NCBI GenBank assembly: GCA_905331295.1
Contig: CAJNYD010000073.1
Span: forward strand, 47,483 to 67,482
Source of the DNA: Rotaria socialis
Taxonomy: Eukaryota
Reading direction: 5' to 3'
Length of the DNA: 20,000 nucleotides
The notes under the pieces were generated by a model. The model saw only the letters and a list, made by a program, of their open reading frames with translations. It had not been told where the DNA came from and did no database searches. Positions 17,785 through 20,000 of this stretch are shown here, one piece after another; position 1 is the stretch's first letter; every line of letters begins with the position of its first letter. Made by a program: the position numbers and the translations under genes.

Positions 17785-19110
17785 GCATCCGTGGTTACGA
17801 TCAATGCATAAACCTGAACAAAAAAATAAAAAAATACGTTATCATTTAACAAAGTGAAACTTACTTTAAATCCTATAACGTTGTTACCATGAATGTATCA
17901 ATCTAAGAGAAAATAAATTTAATAATGTATTTGCATTTAATAAAATCAAACTTACTTTAAATCGTATCTTGGGGTTGCCACGAATGTATAAAACTAAAAG
18001 GATATACGGTAACTTATGTATTCTCATTCAGTAAAGTGAAACTTACTGTAAATCACATACTACGAAAACGACGAATGAATAAATCTAAAAGGAAATAAAT
18101 AAAGCAATGTATTCTCATCTAGGAAAGTGAAACTTACTTTAAATTGTGCACCGCAAGAACGAAGAATGTATAAGTCTAAAAGGAAATAAGTTAAATTATG
18201 AATTTTCAGTTAAAAGGTGAAACTTACTTTAAATCATATACTGCGAGAACGATGAATGTATAATTCTAAAAAAGAAATAAGTTAAATTATGTATTTTTTT
18301 ATTTAATAATGTGACACTTACTTTTGATTGAAACTCTGATTACCATCAGGGTATAAATCTAAAAGGAAATAAGGTAAATTATGTATTTCCATTCAATAAT
18401 GTGAAACTTACTTTGAATCGTATGTTGTGGTTACCATGAATGTATAAATCTAAAAGAAAATAAATCAAATAATGTATTTTTATTTAATATAGTGAAATTA
18501 CTTGAAATTGTGATCTGAATAAATGCTGAAGTCCAAAATAAATAATTTCATTTTTATTGAATTAATTAAAACGTATTCTAAATGGTGTTTCTCAAGAAAT
18601 CTATGAATGTTGAACAAAACGAGGAAAGAAATTATTTTCATTGAGTTAAGTTAAATTCACTTAAAATCATATATCTGAAATAATTGCTGAGCCTAAAGTG
18701 GAACAAATAAGTAAATGTTTTTTTTTGTTAATAGAAAATAATACTTGTTTTAATTTTTGTGTCTTTATATATTGGTGAATCAACGACATTTAAATAAGTT
18801 GTTGTCGTGTAATAGAATGAGAAATTTTTTCAATTGCATTTCCAAATGTACACCTAAAGTGAAATTGAGATAAATAGAAAAAACTTTGTATTTTTTAAAC
18901 GAACTTTAAATTCTATTACTCTTTGGATGTATTGAATCTGAATGACAAGAAAGGAGTAAATTGGTTCTATTTAATAAGCTGAAAAGTTACTTTCAATCAC
19001 ATATTTTCATGAATATAAGAATCTAAACTAAAATAAATGTAAAACTTTATTTCTTTTTTAAATTGAATGAATCCTACCTTGAATGATATATCTCGGTGCA
19101 TGCATAAATG
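17785..19110 (-). repeat. ~91-bp tandem array whose units read on the minus strand as intron (GTAAGT...TTTTAG, 51-56 nt) plus micro-exon (37-38 nt); degenerate units with ~32-33-nt exons continue to ~19110
   Basis: Plus-strand CT...AC intervals: 17814-17864, 17903-17955, 17994-18046, 18085-18137, 18176-18227, 18266-18321, 18359-18411, 18450-18501; weaker ones at 18693-18744, 18854-18904, 18938-18990, 19023-19077. The repeat itself is clear; the splice interpretation is inferred. Confidence 0.75.
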
Positions 19111-20000
19111 TAAGACACATGGAAAAATATTTTCTTAATAAGAATTGTCTGAAGACTCATTATTAGAAAAGATGAATTTCTCCTCAGGTTTTAACGCGAA
19201 TGTAAATGTTTAGACAAAAAGTATAATATTAATACTAAAAGACATAGATAGAGAATACAGTAATGCATGTAGACGGGGAGATATTGAAAATAGATGTAGT
19301 TCATGAAACAGGCTTGAGTCTATTCGAGCTCGTTTTGCAAGAAGTCTTGCCGAATTTTTTGTTATTTTTCTTATAGATGTGGATGAAGATTGAGGTTATT
19401 CACATTTTCTTTTTATATGATAGCAGAAGCTTGTCTTTGCGGACGAAATTTTAATTTTCCCCCAATTCGTTTCTTTTCTTTAGTTCATTTGTGAGAGGTA
19501 TAAATATCTTGCTTGTTGCGTAATGTTTTTATCTCTACATAATTTGCGCTGATAACCGACGATGCACTGATTAGGGCTCACATGTATGAAGTATTTTTAA
19601 TTATAAAAAGAGCTGAAGCCAGTTCTGAGCGACCACTGATAATCAATACAAAAGCAAAGTAATTTTGAGAAGAAATAGAACTAAATATTCTATTGTGCAA
19701 TCTCAGCGGATAATATTAAAACTAAATAGAGTTATGCAAAGTTCTACTAGTGAATTGAGGAAACAATCGATTCTTTGGCGATGTATTACCCATTTTGCAT
19801 AAAATGTGCTAAACACTTTGCTGGTGTACGGAACCATTAGTGGTTTCGTAGAGAACGTGAAAAACCTTTTAAGTATGCTAGTATCTATCAGAATTTTTGT
19901 AAGATACATACAAAACCATCAACGGTTCCGTATAAAATATGCAACACTTATAGAGAGCCTATGAACCAATGAATAGGTCTGGGAAGAAGCGTACGACACC

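Noticed and set aside
17649..17852. 67-aa minus-strand ORF
   Set aside because: Chimeric read-through of an intron-like segment, the last micro-exon and the palindrome arm.
17800..18500. CRISPR-like repeat-spacer array
   Set aside because: The variable ~19-nt cores are related to one another (two subtypes, ..TTACCAT and ..GAACGA), the constant part is ~70 nt and degenerate, there are no cas genes, and the context is eukaryotic. An exon-intron unit explains it better.

Overview
AT-rich eukaryotic DNA, most likely from a bdelloid rotifer. This is an inference from ~51-nt GT-AG introns, an intronless ADP-ribosyltransferase (ART)-TPR gene of a type expanded in bdelloids, (TGTGGG)n motifs matching the Adineta vaga telomeric repeat, and a DUF924 gene of non-metazoan type. 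Plus-strand genes: two paralogous two-exon type-I membrane mucin-like genes (1087-1677, 7555-8010) duplicated with their promoters, a DUF924 gene (3621-4286), a 928-aa R-S-E ART-TPR gene (9704-12490), and a 150-aa MGNC-starting protein with an internal domain duplication (13016-13468). Other content: a decayed RTE-like LINE fragment, a possible decayed TPR/SOCS-box gene, several non-autonomous TIR or foldback elements, and a 100-N gap. Two structures are invisible to the ORF track. First, the ~91-bp 'satellite' at ~17.8-19.1 kb reads on the minus strand as a tandem array of 51-56-nt GT-AG introns separating 37-38-nt micro-exons with variable cores, which cannot be concatenated in frame. Second, a dispersed family of short (GGGTGT)n-spacer-(ACACCC)n hairpins occurs, one of which follows each plus-strand gene.
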